Below, piece after piece: positions 1 to 9,266 of a DNA stretch of 64,000 nt. The stretch lies in IMG/VR virus record IMGVR_UViG_3300032050_009172; one strand, 5' to 3'. This stretch comes from an uncultured virus (IMG/VR IMGVR_UViG_3300032050_009172). Taxonomy: Duplodnaviria; Heunggongvirae; Uroviricota; Caudoviricetes. The translations under genes and the position numbers were made by a program. The notes below the pieces were generated by a model. It did no database searches and was not told where the DNA came from. It saw only the letters and a program-made list of their open reading frames with translations. Numbering within the stretch: the stretch's first letter is position 1; each line of letters begins with the position of its first letter.

Positions 1-20
1 AAACTTTGAAAGGCAACATT

Positions 21-377
21 ATGTCCGCAACTGAAAAAACTTTTACCGTGGCTGGTACCGCAATCAACGCCGATGGCACCGTTAAGGCTCGTTTTGCAAA
101 CGACCTGGTAGCCCGCATCAAGATCCTAAACAAGGCTGGATGCACTGAGATCAACTTGGTTGAGTTGCCCCGTGCAATGACCAAGATAGAAGCTCTGCAA
201 CACTTGCAGACCCTGGGTATCACCGAAGGTGATGCCGGCTACGTGGTAGCCAACAAGCTGGCCGAACGTGCCAAAGTCGCCAAGAAAGGCGAAGTCAAAG
301 TGGCTGCTAAAGGTGTCAAAGCCAAAGCCACCAAGTCTGTTACTGCCGAGCAATTGGTTGAGGCTGCCAAAGCCTGA
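21..377 (+). CDS. hypothetical protein, Lys/Ala-rich C-terminus
   Basis: ATG at 21 after AAGG; followed by a terminator. Confidence 0.7.
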   Translation: MSATEKTFTVAGTAINADGTVKARFANDLVARIKILNKAGCTEINLVELPRAMTKIEALQHLQTLGITEGDAGYVVANKLAERAKVAKKGEVKVAAKGVKAKATKSVTAEQLVEAAKA

Positions 378-396
378 TAGTACACAGCACAAAAAC

Positions 397-424
397 AGCG
401 GCTCGAATTGGGCCGCTTTTTTTT
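397..424 (+). terminator. Rho-independent terminator
   Basis: AGCGGCTC-GAATT-GGGCCGCT stem followed by a T run. Confidence 0.8.
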
Positions 425-443
425 ATTTGTGCTAATTAATACT

Positions 444-701
444 ATGCAAGACGAAGACGACAAAGTCTACCATTATGCAAAGAACATGCTGTTGGAGATC
501 ATGGCAGTGCTGTATGTTAATGGCCGACGAACCATGCATGTGGGTGCCGCTATGAGACTCATGGGTGTAGACGATGAAACTGCCAGCAAACATGATTCAG
601 AGCGCATCGAAATAGAAGAAAATTTTGGTGAGATTGCCGCGCAATTAAATATTGTTGAACGCCTAGCACCGCAAATTCCCAAAGGTGCCATAATCCACTA
701 A
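444..701 (+). CDS. hypothetical protein
   Basis: ATG at 444, 5 nt after TAATTA; abuts the next ORF. Confidence 0.6.
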   Translation: MQDEDDKVYHYAKNMLLEIMAVLYVNGRRTMHVGAAMRLMGVDDETASKHDSERIEIEENFGEIAAQLNIVERLAPQIPKGAIIH

Positions 702-947
702 ATGTCTATAACTCAGTTTCGTACAGCCGAACCGCTGTACATTGTGATTGTACGAAACAACAATCAAGCAGAAAGCCAGCTCAAGGCTTGGATCAAAGAA
801 CATAGAGTTGATCACGCCACCGTGTCAGGCAATCGAATGATGCTACATCATCAACAAGCGTTTGATAGATTTTTAATTTCGTGGACACACAATTGGGACG
901 CAGTGACAGTATGGGACACTTGGAACCGGCGCCACATCTACATCTAG
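702..947 (+). CDS. hypothetical protein
   Basis: ORF starts immediately after the upstream stop. Confidence 0.65.
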   Translation: MSITQFRTAEPLYIVIVRNNNQAESQLKAWIKEHRVDHATVSGNRMMLHHQQAFDRFLISWTHNWDAVTVWDTWNRRHIYI

Positions 948-974
948 GTGGAGTGCCAAAACTCCAAGTTTTTC

Positions 975-1003
975 TTGACATTGTGAGACGCACAATGTAT
1001 AAT
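975..1003 (+). promoter_or_regulatory. consensus sigma70 promoter with embedded inverted repeat
   Basis: TTGACA(975)-17 nt-TATAAT(998); ACATTGTG-N5-CACAATGT at 978-998. Confidence 0.85.
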
Positions 1004-1027
1004 TAGTATTTTACAAAGGAAACATCT

Positions 1028-1213
1028 ATGACCAATCATGAACAACTCAAAACCGCTTTCGAAACTTATATTTCAGAGAACGAAAAATTTACTGGCAAGG
1101 GTGTGAAAGCCGCTGCCGCTCGTGCCCGCAAGGCCTTGCAAGAGATGAGCAAAGCCATCAAAGAGCGCCGTAAAGAAATTACCGCTGAGAAAGAAGCACT
1201 AGCCGCAAAATGA
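1028..1213 (+). CDS. histone H1-like Hc1-family small basic protein
   Basis: ENEKF..KGVKAAAARARKALQE..K..KE.RKEI pattern; SD AAGGA. Confidence 0.75.
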   Translation: MTNHEQLKTAFETYISENEKFTGKGVKAAAARARKALQEMSKAIKERRKEITAEKEALAAK

Positions 1214-1398
1214 CCAAGGATAAGGAACAGCAATTACATAAACCACATGAGGAATCTTGGCCCATGTTTATGTCCCGAGAGCAACGCGAGCAATTGATTC
1301 AAAACAAATTTGCTCGGGCTCACCATTATAGTAAACTTCGAGGAGAACATCATGTACGAAGCAACCATACAGGAAACATCTTACAGAACAGCAGGTGA
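1210..1398 (+). CDS. possible small hypothetical protein
   Basis: ATGA overlap with the upstream gene, but also overlaps the next gene by 47 nt. Confidence 0.35.
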   Translation: MTKDKEQQLHKPHEESWPMFMSREQREQLIQNKFARAHHYSKLRGEHHVRSNHTGNILQNSR

Positions 1399-2047
1399 AG
1401 TCAATTCGGCCATGTTGCGTGTGTACAATCATATGCTCATGGCCATTGTGACCAGTGCCGTAGTAGCTGGATTAGTAGCATCCAGTCCAGCCGCAATGGC
1501 ATTCTTTTTCACTGGAGTGATGAAATGGATCACGCTGTTCTTGCCCTTGGTAGCAGTATTTGGAGTTAGTTATGCACTGGCCAACAACCCACCACACCGA
1601 GTGGCTGTGGGACTGTTGCATGGATTCGCAGGTGTAATGGGCCTGAGCATGGGCGCCATTGTGCATGTTTATACCACAGGTAGTTTGGTAATGGCGTTTG
1701 CTTCAAGTGCCATTCTGTTTGCTACCATGAGTTTTTACGGATACTTTACCAAACGCAGTTTGGAGAGCTTTGGGCAATTTTTGATCATAGGACTTGTTGC
1801 CATAATCATTGCAAGTATTGTGAACATCTTTATTGGCAGTTCAGTGATGACCATGGTTATCTCTGCCATTGCGATCATTATATTCCTGGGCCTCACAGCC
1901 TACGACACACAACAAATCCGTGAAATGGTATCCACAGATGACGCAGATACACCTGCAGAAATCTTAGGTGCGCTCACATTGTACATGGACTTCATCAACA
2001 TTTTTGTGAACCTACTGCAACTGTTTGGCATCAAAAATGATGACTAG
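1352..2047 (+). CDS. Bax inhibitor-1/YccA family membrane protein
   Basis: about 7 TM segments, AYDTQ.I and GALTLYMDFINIF motifs; SD AGGAG before ATG 1352. Confidence 0.9.
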   Translation: MYEATIQETSYRTAGEVNSAMLRVYNHMLMAIVTSAVVAGLVASSPAAMAFFFTGVMKWITLFLPLVAVFGVSYALANNPPHRVAVGLLHGFAGVMGLSMGAIVHVYTTGSLVMAFASSAILFATMSFYGYFTKRSLESFGQFLIIGLVAIIIASIVNIFIGSSVMTMVISAIAIIIFLGLTAYDTQQIREMVSTDDADTPAEILGALTLYMDFINIFVNLLQLFGIKNDD

Positions 2048-2204
2048 GACTGTACAGGTAATTGAGGATCCCAACAACCCTGAAGAACTGTTGTTGGATC
2101 TTGGCACTGAATTGTGCGCCGAACTAGGCTGGGCCGTAGGCGACACCGTTCAGTGGATTGACAACAAAGACGGAACATGGCAACTTATAAAAACGACTGG
2201 GTAA
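2037..2204 (+). CDS. AbrB/MazE-like small protein, 55 aa (not in ORF track)
   Basis: MMTRTVQVIEDP..ELLLDLGTELCAELGWAVGDTVQWIDNKDGTWQL; LGWxxGD pattern. Confidence 0.7.
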   Translation: MMTRTVQVIEDPNNPEELLLDLGTELCAELGWAVGDTVQWIDNKDGTWQLIKTTG

Positions 2205-2713
2205 ACCTCAACCTCAAAGAATACGAATATAACGACCTAACAACCGACCCTTCTTACGGTGCTATTCCCCCATTGGTAAGTGCATTTGATGCAAATACCA
2301 TGCCAACTGTAATCATAAGTGATACCACCAACATCACTGGCGGATACACCATTGGTGGACTCAACGGTGCCACTGGCTCCAACACTGTTTGGACCACAAA
2401 CAACACAACCACAGGCAGTTTTACAATTGGTGCAAATTACAGTGCAGTAGGATCTACGATTGAACAAGGTGGCAAGATGAGTCTTAGAGGGGACAAAGCT
2501 GATCTTGACATCAATGGCAAGAGTCTTAAAGACTGGATGGAAAAGGTTGAAGAACGCCTGAACATTCTCACACCAAATCCTGAACTGGAACGAGAGTGGG
2601 ATGATCTGCGCCGACTGGGAGAACGCTATCGCAAGCTGGAAAAGAAATGCAAGGAAAAAGCAGAAGTATGGAACAAACTAAAAGCAATGCCCAAGCCGGA
2701 GGTCAAATGGTAA
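2177..2713 (+). CDS. hypothetical protein (Thr/Gly-rich middle, coiled-coil C-terminus)
   Basis: ORF in operon. Confidence 0.65.
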   Translation: MATYKNDWVNLNLKEYEYNDLTTDPSYGAIPPLVSAFDANTMPTVIISDTTNITGGYTIGGLNGATGSNTVWTTNNTTTGSFTIGANYSAVGSTIEQGGKMSLRGDKADLDINGKSLKDWMEKVEERLNILTPNPELEREWDDLRRLGERYRKLEKKCKEKAEVWNKLKAMPKPEVKW

Positions 2714-3519
2714 CACCAAAGCAACGTATCAAGCACATTGTAAAATGGATCCGACAATACGCAACAAAAAACAAGATCTCTACACTAGTTGTAGGGATCT
2801 CAGGTGGGATTGACTCATCTGTTGTGAGTGCATTATGCGCCGAAACAGGACTCACAACCATTGTGGTGCAAATGCCCATCCGCCAAAACAAGAAGCTGGA
2901 CAATCGCAGTTCAATGCAGGCTACCTGGTTGATGGAACGCTACAAAAACGTCACACACATGAGCATGGATTTGACGTCTGTGTTCTCTGCGTTTGAAAAG
3001 AAAACTGTGCCATTTTGTGATGCAGAAAATGCATCACAAGTTGAACTGGCTTTTGCCAACTCACGTGCTAGATTGCGTATGATGACCTTGTACCAAATTG
3101 CACAATGCCATGGTGGTATTGTAGTAGGCACCGGCAACCGAGTGGAAGACTTTGGTGTGGGCTTCTTTACCAAGTATGGTGATGGTGGTGTGGATATCAG
3201 CCCCATCGGCGACTGCATGAAAACAGAAGTATGGGATATGGGTAGAGAGTTTGGGCTGCCACAAGAAATCATTGATGCCGCACCCACCGACGGCTTGTGG
3301 GATGATGGGCGCACAGACGAAGGTCAACTGGGCATGAGCTACCCAGATCTTGAGCGCATGATGGCCTTGGACTTTTTGCAACGATGCAAGGCTGTGGACT
3401 CCGACATGCCTGGCAGCGCCAAATTGTCAGCAGATGATAGAAAAAAACTCAAGCGGTACCAAGACATTCGTGCTAGAAACATGCACAAGATGCTGCCAAT
3501 ACCGGTCTGCAAGTTTTGA
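2707..3519 (+). CDS. nadE: NH3-dependent NAD+ synthetase
   Basis: SGGIDS PP-loop, ARLRM, GTGN, GFFTKYGDGG, APTDGL motifs. Confidence 0.95.
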   Translation: MVTPKQRIKHIVKWIRQYATKNKISTLVVGISGGIDSSVVSALCAETGLTTIVVQMPIRQNKKLDNRSSMQATWLMERYKNVTHMSMDLTSVFSAFEKKTVPFCDAENASQVELAFANSRARLRMMTLYQIAQCHGGIVVGTGNRVEDFGVGFFTKYGDGGVDISPIGDCMKTEVWDMGREFGLPQEIIDAAPTDGLWDDGRTDEGQLGMSYPDLERMMALDFLQRCKAVDSDMPGSAKLSADDRKKLKRYQDIRARNMHKMLPIPVCKF

Positions 3520-3606
3520 TAGTTAACTGCGCCGTTTGTTTAAAAACGGCACCATTTTGGCCCGGTAATTCCGGTGATAGCAACCATTCCAGTAAGTAAA
3601 ACTACC

Positions 3607-4182
3607 ATGAAAGAAAAAACTATCTCTCTCAACAGGTGGGCCACATGGAGCTCACGCATCCTGAAAGCCCTAGGCTTCTGGTTGGTCGTTGCCACTGTGA
3701 TTGCAGTGTGTCAAAGCCGACTGGATGCCTTGCGCGAACAAACAGGAAATCTACCAGCAGGCTATGTGTCTGCTGCCGAGCGCACTCGACAACTGGACTG
3801 CCTTACCCGTAACATCTACTGGGAAGCAGCCTCAGAGCCTTTTGAAGGCAAAGTGGCAGTGGCTCAAGTCACAATGAACCGTGTGGAATCTGGACGTTTT
3901 CCTGATTCCGTGTGTGGCGTGGTTTATCAAAAAAATGTGTTTTATGAAAAGGTAGTATGCCAGTTCTCCTGGTACTGCGAAACCAATCACAAAACACGAG
4001 CAGTTTATACTCCACTGTGGCGCGAAAGCGAAGAAGTGGCCAAGAAGGTGCTGTTGGAAAACTTCCGATTGCCTGGCTTGAAAAACGCCCTATATTATCA
4101 TGCAGACTATGTGAATCCCAACTGGGGCAAACCGCGTATTGAAAAGATTGGCCGACACATTTTTTACGGAGATAAACGATGA
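3607..4182 (+). CDS. cell wall hydrolase, SleB/Hydrolase_2 family
   Basis: CL..NIYWEA..E...GKVAVAQV..NRV...FP..VC.VVYQ, QFSW, YYHADYV.P.W, IGRHIFY. Confidence 0.9.
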   Translation: MKEKTISLNRWATWSSRILKALGFWLVVATVIAVCQSRLDALREQTGNLPAGYVSAAERTRQLDCLTRNIYWEAASEPFEGKVAVAQVTMNRVESGRFPDSVCGVVYQKNVFYEKVVCQFSWYCETNHKTRAVYTPLWRESEEVAKKVLLENFRLPGLKNALYYHADYVNPNWGKPRIEKIGRHIFYGDKR

Positions 4183-4493
4183 AATTTGACTTGCAACACA
4201 CAGCCGAAATCCTGCAACTTTGGCTGAAAGATCACTTGCCAAAAATCTCCGCAGAAACACTAGGTTGGCTAGCGGCCATTGTGATTCATGCCGCAACCAT
4301 TCCCACACTTTTGGCGCTGATGACCGGACTTAGTGATCGCACACCCAGTTTGGACATTGTGCTGTTTATGTGGGCCGGCCTGGTCCTGCTGTTCTTACGG
4401 GCAGTGGTGCTCAAAGACATGCTCAACATCATCACAGTGGGTGCAGGATTCATTGTGCAAGCGGTTTTGATGGCCTTAATACTTTTTAAGTAA
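4179..4493 (+). CDS. small 3-TM membrane protein
   Basis: hydrophobic ORF, ATGA overlap. Confidence 0.7.
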   Translation: MKFDLQHTAEILQLWLKDHLPKISAETLGWLAAIVIHAATIPTLLALMTGLSDRTPSLDIVLFMWAGLVLLFLRAVVLKDMLNIITVGAGFIVQAVLMALILFK

Positions 4494-4522
4494 TTGACCA
4501 ATAAATCAGGATATGCTATACT
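4494..4522 (+). promoter_or_regulatory. sigma70 promoter, extended -10, probably leaderless
   Basis: TTGACC-17 nt-TATACT with TG; ATG at 4529. Confidence 0.75.
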
Positions 4523-4528
4523 GCATGC

Positions 4529-4759
4529 ATGATTAAGATTTCTGCAAGCCGCCCCCACAAAACACTGCGTCAAAATGATTCAGATTTCACATTCTCGCCC
4601 GATGGCATTCGAGTAGTGCCTAGGGCTGGATTTGAAGTTAGTAATCATTGTCCTGCACAATATAAACAAGTCATTGCAGAATGCATCAACAACGGCTGGC
4701 TCAAGCCTGTTGCTCACATGCGAGATGTTGAGTACACCATGGAACTCCTACGCAAATGA
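4529..4759 (+). CDS. hypothetical protein
   Basis: follows promoter; ATGA coupling to next ORF. Confidence 0.7.
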   Translation: MIKISASRPHKTLRQNDSDFTFSPDGIRVVPRAGFEVSNHCPAQYKQVIAECINNGWLKPVAHMRDVEYTMELLRK

Positions 4760-4938
4760 TACGTGACACATTGATAATGCTGGCTGTGGTTGCTCTGGCC
4801 ATTTTGATGTTTGTTTTTATTGTGTGGAGTAATTCCTTGCAATCAAGTGAACGCAGGATTGACTGCACTTGGAGCGAAATCAGCCCTGATTTTTCAACTG
4901 CCATGCGCGAAGCATGTAGAAAGGCCAGAAGCAAATGA
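4756..4938 (+). CDS. small membrane-anchored protein
   Basis: N-terminal TM, two Cys; ATGA overlaps. Confidence 0.6.
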   Translation: MIRDTLIMLAVVALAILMFVFIVWSNSLQSSERRIDCTWSEISPDFSTAMREACRKARSK

Positions 4939-5087
4939 TCAATGATGAAAAAGACACTGCATATTCTGCGGAGCATGACGCTTACTACAATCCAGTGATC
5001 AATGAATGGATTGACTCCAAGTGTGACGATCCCACCTGTGAATTTTGTACCACCCGCCCTGAGCGACCTTTGAAAGACCTACCATGA
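4935..5087 (+). CDS. 50-aa Cys-containing protein (not in ORF track)
   Basis: MINDEKD...HDAYY..WIDSKCDDPTCEFC..RPERP; ATGA overlaps at both ends. Confidence 0.7.
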   Translation: MINDEKDTAYSAEHDAYYNPVINEWIDSKCDDPTCEFCTTRPERPLKDLP

Positions 5088-5482
5088 GCATGCACCTCCA
5101 CCACCCCAGTCTCAGTCTTGGCGGCAAGCGCAAAGGCAAAGTCAAGTTTCGCAACGCCGAGGAAGCAAAAAAAGCCCGCGAGCTTGATGCTTCGTGGAAA
5201 GAACTGCAAAAGAAGTGGGAAGTGGATGCTGACCAAAAGCGCCGCACTCGTGCCATGAAAGCACCTGCACTGGACTACAAATTGAGCACACCTATAGGCC
5301 GTCCCACAGGACACAACATTCCTAGTCGTGCTGACTCTGTGTTGGGCCCTGTGTCCAGCAAGGCAATTCCGCAGTACACTGGCACCAAGATGATTGGTGT
5401 GGGTACCATGCACAAGTCCAATGCTGTGCCCATCTTCTCAAATGAAGAAGCACATGATATAGCAACCATGCGCCGTGGCTAA
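5084..5482 (+). CDS. hypothetical basic phage protein
   Basis: C-terminal YTG..MIGVGTMHKSNAVPIFS. Confidence 0.7.
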   Translation: MSMHLHHPSLSLGGKRKGKVKFRNAEEAKKARELDASWKELQKKWEVDADQKRRTRAMKAPALDYKLSTPIGRPTGHNIPSRADSVLGPVSSKAIPQYTGTKMIGVGTMHKSNAVPIFSNEEAHDIATMRRG

Positions 5483-5741
5483 CAACGACTTGTATTCAAC
5501 GCCGGAAAAAAGACTAGACACCATTCTAGGTGATGCTGGCTTTTGGGTACGAATGCAAAAGTGTCGACAGTCAGAAGAAGGCAGAACGCATTGTAAAACT
5601 GATATGGATACAATAGCATGGTTCCGGGACACATACGGCATCCGGTTGTTGCCATCGGACACTCACATGAATGGATACAGTCGAGAAGTTGAGATTGTGG
5701 ATGAGAAAAAGTATCTTGTATTTTTGTTAAAATTTGCATGA
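5475..5741 (+). CDS. hypothetical protein
   Basis: GTG start; ends in FLLKF. Confidence 0.6.
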   Translation: MANNDLYSTPEKRLDTILGDAGFWVRMQKCRQSEEGRTHCKTDMDTIAWFRDTYGIRLLPSDTHMNGYSREVEIVDEKKYLVFLLKFA

Positions 5742-5760
5742 AATTATAGAAAGGTAAAAC

Positions 5761-6039
5761 ATGACACGCGACGAAGTCAAAACAGTTATTTTGAGGATTT
5801 GCAAAAAACAGTACGATCTAGACATTGACAACTTTGCAGAGGATGCACCTCTTGCAGACTTGCAAAATATCAATCCCAAGATTGATTCACTGTCTGTGAT
5901 TGAAATGATATTTGATGTTGAAGATGAACTTGGCATCAAAGTAAACTCTGCTGACATGAGTCAGCCAGCTAACTTGGCAGAAATCATTGACAGTTTGACC
6001 GAAGCTGTGAACGATCCGGTCAATCGTGTTAAAAAATGA
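5761..6039 (+). CDS. acpP: acyl carrier protein
   Basis: acidic 92 aa with IDSL (Ppant Ser) then IEMIFDVEDELGI. Confidence 0.85.
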   Translation: MTRDEVKTVILRICKKQYDLDIDNFAEDAPLADLQNINPKIDSLSVIEMIFDVEDELGIKVNSADMSQPANLAEIIDSLTEAVNDPVNRVKK

Positions 6040-6785
6040 TTTGGCAAGGTGATCCTGACAGAACCAAACAGGTTCTCTCAGTTCAATTGATTGTTGCGAT
6101 GCTGGGCATACCAGTATTGGTATATCAATGGCATTGGTGGTACGCAATATACCTTGTGTTCTTTTACAGTTTTTTGTTGTTCATCTCACACCATGCAGGA
6201 TTGCATAGATACTTCTCACACCGCAGTTACACAGTCACTCCGTTTTGGCATGCATTTTTGTGTGTGAGTTCTTGTTTGGCCTGTTTTGGGTCACCAGTTG
6301 GTTATTCCATCATCCACCGAGCCCATCATGTACACACAGACACTGCACAAGATCCACATGCTCCAGACATTGGAATTCTCAATGTGATACTGTTCAATTG
6401 GAACTTGTCCAATCTCAGCATGTGGGATGGCATTAGAGATCTAAGAGATCCTTGGATGAAGTTCACTCACAATTATTACGCATTGATTGTTTTGACGTTT
6501 GCATTGGTGCTATTGGCCATTGACCCCGTATTGTTTTTGTGCTATAGTATTGCTAATGCAGGAGCATTGTTGGCCATGGGTTTTGTGAACACCGTGTGTC
6601 ACACTCACGGTTTGACCACCTATCAGAATCATGCCACAAAGGATACCAGTTCAAATAGCTATCTAGCCCTAGTCATTGGAGAATGGCACAACAATCATCA
6701 TGCCAATCCACAACGGTGGAATCAACGTGAGCAGTGGTGGGAAGTTGACTATGCGGCACAATTTATTCGACTGATCAAAACATGA
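6036..6785 (+). CDS. membrane fatty acid desaturase (delta9-like)
   Basis: His boxes HRYFSH, HRAHH, WHNNHH; DPH.P; TM segments. Confidence 0.9.
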   Translation: MIWQGDPDRTKQVLSVQLIVAMLGIPVLVYQWHWWYAIYLVFFYSFLLFISHHAGLHRYFSHRSYTVTPFWHAFLCVSSCLACFGSPVGYSIIHRAHHVHTDTAQDPHAPDIGILNVILFNWNLSNLSMWDGIRDLRDPWMKFTHNYYALIVLTFALVLLAIDPVLFLCYSIANAGALLAMGFVNTVCHTHGLTTYQNHATKDTSSNSYLALVIGEWHNNHHANPQRWNQREQWWEVDYAAQFIRLIKT

Positions 6786-7942
6786 ATAGAGTAGTTATTA
6801 CAGGAGTGGGTTGCATTACTCCATTGGGCAATAGTTATGATCAAGTTGTTGCTGCCATGTATGCAGGAACATCAGGCATCATTTTTAGTGAAACTCTCCA
6901 GGCCAACACTGCCAAGGTTGGATTAGGACACAGCAACATCAATGATCAATTTGATCGTTATGATACTGCGGCCACAAGTTTGTTTGCTCGCGCCACCATG
7001 CTGGCATACCAACAAGCAAAAGCAGATGCAAAAACCAGTGTGGATGGTGTTTACATTGGTACAGGCGCAGGTGCTGCCTACGAAGTGAACAACACCATTC
7101 TTGAATTCCAGGATAAAGGTCGAGTGCGTCCAAACAGTTTGGTATCATCAATGAGCAGTGGCGCAGCCAGTTTTATTGCGTCAAAAGACAACATCACAGG
7201 TCCTGTGTTCACACACACAGCGGCATGTGCTTCCAGCAGTGTGTCTATTGGAGAAGCATACAAAGCCATCAAACATGGCGAGGTCAGCGTTATGGCAGCC
7301 GGCGGCGCCGAATTTTGCCTCAGTCCCATTTTAGTGGACCAATGGCGGGCCATGCGGGCCATGGGCACAAAGTCTGCACCATTCAGTGCCACACGAGATG
7401 GCATCATCTTGGGCGAAGGCAGTGTTGTTTATGTTCTAGAAAGTTTGGATCATGCGCTGGTTCGAAATGCTGTGATACATGCAGAAATTGTGGGATATGG
7501 TATCAGTTGTGGCAGCGAAACTCTAACCAAGCCCAGTGAACAAGGTCAGATCTCTGCCATGCAATCTGCACTGAATGGTATTGATCCAAGTCGTGTGACC
7601 TATATCAACGCACATGGCACAGGCACACCTGTTGGAGACTTGGTTGAATTAAGTAGTATACAAAAAGTATTTGGCAGTGGCGTTCCCATCAGTTCAACCA
7701 AGGCACTGCACGGGCACTTGTTGGGCAACTCTGGAGCCATGGAACTGCTGGCTTGTTTGGCTGTGCTAAAAACAAATCAAATTATTCCCAATTGGAATCT
7801 AACTGATCCTGATCCTGCAATTCCTGAAGGTGTGTACCTACCAACTGAGGTTGTTGAGCATGAACAAGATGTGTGTTTGAACAACAGCTTTGCATTTGGT
7901 GGTACCAATGTGGTGCTGGCATTGACAAAATTTTTAGCATGA
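6782..7942 (+). CDS. fabF: beta-ketoacyl-ACP synthase (FabF/FabB type)
   Basis: RVVITG, TAACASS, NAHGTGT, STK..HGHLLG, NSFAFGG. Confidence 0.9.
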   Translation: MNRVVITGVGCITPLGNSYDQVVAAMYAGTSGIIFSETLQANTAKVGLGHSNINDQFDRYDTAATSLFARATMLAYQQAKADAKTSVDGVYIGTGAGAAYEVNNTILEFQDKGRVRPNSLVSSMSSGAASFIASKDNITGPVFTHTAACASSSVSIGEAYKAIKHGEVSVMAAGGAEFCLSPILVDQWRAMRAMGTKSAPFSATRDGIILGEGSVVYVLESLDHALVRNAVIHAEIVGYGISCGSETLTKPSEQGQISAMQSALNGIDPSRVTYINAHGTGTPVGDLVELSSIQKVFGSGVPISSTKALHGHLLGNSGAMELLACLAVLKTNQIIPNWNLTDPDPAIPEGVYLPTEVVEHEQDVCLNNSFAFGGTNVVLALTKFLA

Positions 7943-7980
7943 AGAAAAAACGTCAATTAACTTATAGAGGAGAACTCCAA

Positions 7981-8367
7981 ATGGATATGGCTACATGGGA
8001 AAAACAAGAAGTGGTGCGACTGCTCAAGGGAGCGCCAGGCACACAATATCAAGAGGCAGATGATGTCAACAAGGCCATCATCCGTGATTGGATCAAGAGC
8101 CTGCTACAAAAAAGTACCATCAAAGTGACCTTTGTCAAAGCAGATGGCACCGATCGCGAAATGCTTTGCACACTCAACTGGGATTTCATTCCCTCAGCTG
8201 CAATAACTCCAGTATTACCAGTGGATGGTATTGTTAAAGAAAGCAAAAAACCGCGCAAGGAACCTGATCCACATAGCCTTCGTGTGTTTGACCTAGAAAA
8301 ACAAGAATGGCGCAGTTTCCGTTTTGATCGACTGAAGAAGATCACTGCGGAATTGAAATTCGAATAA
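7981..8367 (+). CDS. WYL_2-like SH3-fold protein
   Basis: VTFVKADGT.R.M.CTL ... VFDLEKQEWRSFR; SD GAGGAG. Confidence 0.75.
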   Translation: MDMATWEKQEVVRLLKGAPGTQYQEADDVNKAIIRDWIKSLLQKSTIKVTFVKADGTDREMLCTLNWDFIPSAAITPVLPVDGIVKESKKPRKEPDPHSLRVFDLEKQEWRSFRFDRLKKITAELKFE

Positions 8368-8379
8368 GTAAACACTTAT

Positions 8380-8601
8380 ATGGCCAAACAAGAAGAAACA
8401 ATCAGTATGGAAGGAACAGTAGAGGAGATTTTGCCTGCCGCTATGTTTCGCATCAGATTAGATAGCATAGATAATGTGGTGATTGGATACCTGTCAGGGC
8501 GTATGCGGACCAACAACATCAAAGTTCTTCTTGGCGATCGAGTAGAAATTGTATTCAGCCCATACGATCTATCACGAGGTCGTATCACAAGACGCAAATG
8601 A
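8380..8601 (+). CDS. infA: translation initiation factor IF-1
   Basis: MAKQE..I.MEG.V.E.LP..MFRI.L, SGRMR.NNI.VL.GD.V, SPYDLSRGRI. Confidence 0.95.
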   Translation: MAKQEETISMEGTVEEILPAAMFRIRLDSIDNVVIGYLSGRMRTNNIKVLLGDRVEIVFSPYDLSRGRITRRK

Positions 8602-9266
8602 TAGTTTCAAAAACCAACACAATACCAACTGTAGATGGATTGATCTTGTTGGATTGTTGGGAGCCTGCAGGCGGGCAATTTTTTAAAGACTATTTTTATG
8701 CAAATCTCATACATCAGTTGCGAGAATACAATTTCAAATGTATAGTCAACAGCCTAACACACAATCGATTTGACTGGAACGATCGGAGTCTGCGTAACAC
8801 TTTTCAGCGGTACTGTTGGACTTACAATAATGATCTACGAAACAATCCAACAGAAACACCAACAGACGCAGATCTTTGGGTTGCATTAAATATCTTAAAA
8901 AGTTCAGGACAACATGAGCAAACATCACATCTTGTGCAACGATATTTGTTAGACAACGAACAAAGTATTTTTTTTAACAATGATGTTGATTTTTTACATC
9001 ACACTTCCTTGTTACCGGAGCCTTGTAGACATTGGATAGTGGCCGGGCACAGTTGGCAGATGTGTACTCACAATCATGGCCTGGGGCTTGAAAGATTAGC
9101 AAACATAAGTTATTTTACTGGAATGAATTTTTACGCAACAGAATATAGTTTTTGCAAACTGCATGGTGGCACAGCCATGCGAGAAGACTTTGAAGCAGAC
9201 TCAATGTCATGGGAATTTGTCAAAGGTCTAGGTTATCGATTAATGCCAACAAAGAGGGAACAATAA
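8598..9266 (+). CDS. hypothetical protein
   Basis: ATGA overlap; LILLDCW and G.SW..C resemble isochorismatase-like folds only weakly. Confidence 0.6.
   Translation: MIVSKTNTIPTVDGLILLDCWEPAGGQFFKDYFYANLIHQLREYNFKCIVNSLTHNRFDWNDRSLRNTFQRYCWTYNNDLRNNPTETPTDADLWVALNILKSSGQHEQTSHLVQRYLLDNEQSIFFNNDVDFLHHTSLLPEPCRHWIVAGHSWQMCTHNHGLGLERLANISYFTGMNFYATEYSFCKLHGGTAMREDFEADSMSWEFVKGLGYRLMPTKREQ

Noticed and set aside
3531..3575. GCCGTTT/AAACGGC and CCGG hairpins after nadE as a structured RNA
   Set aside because: Short stems with no U tract or recognisable family; at most a weak terminator.
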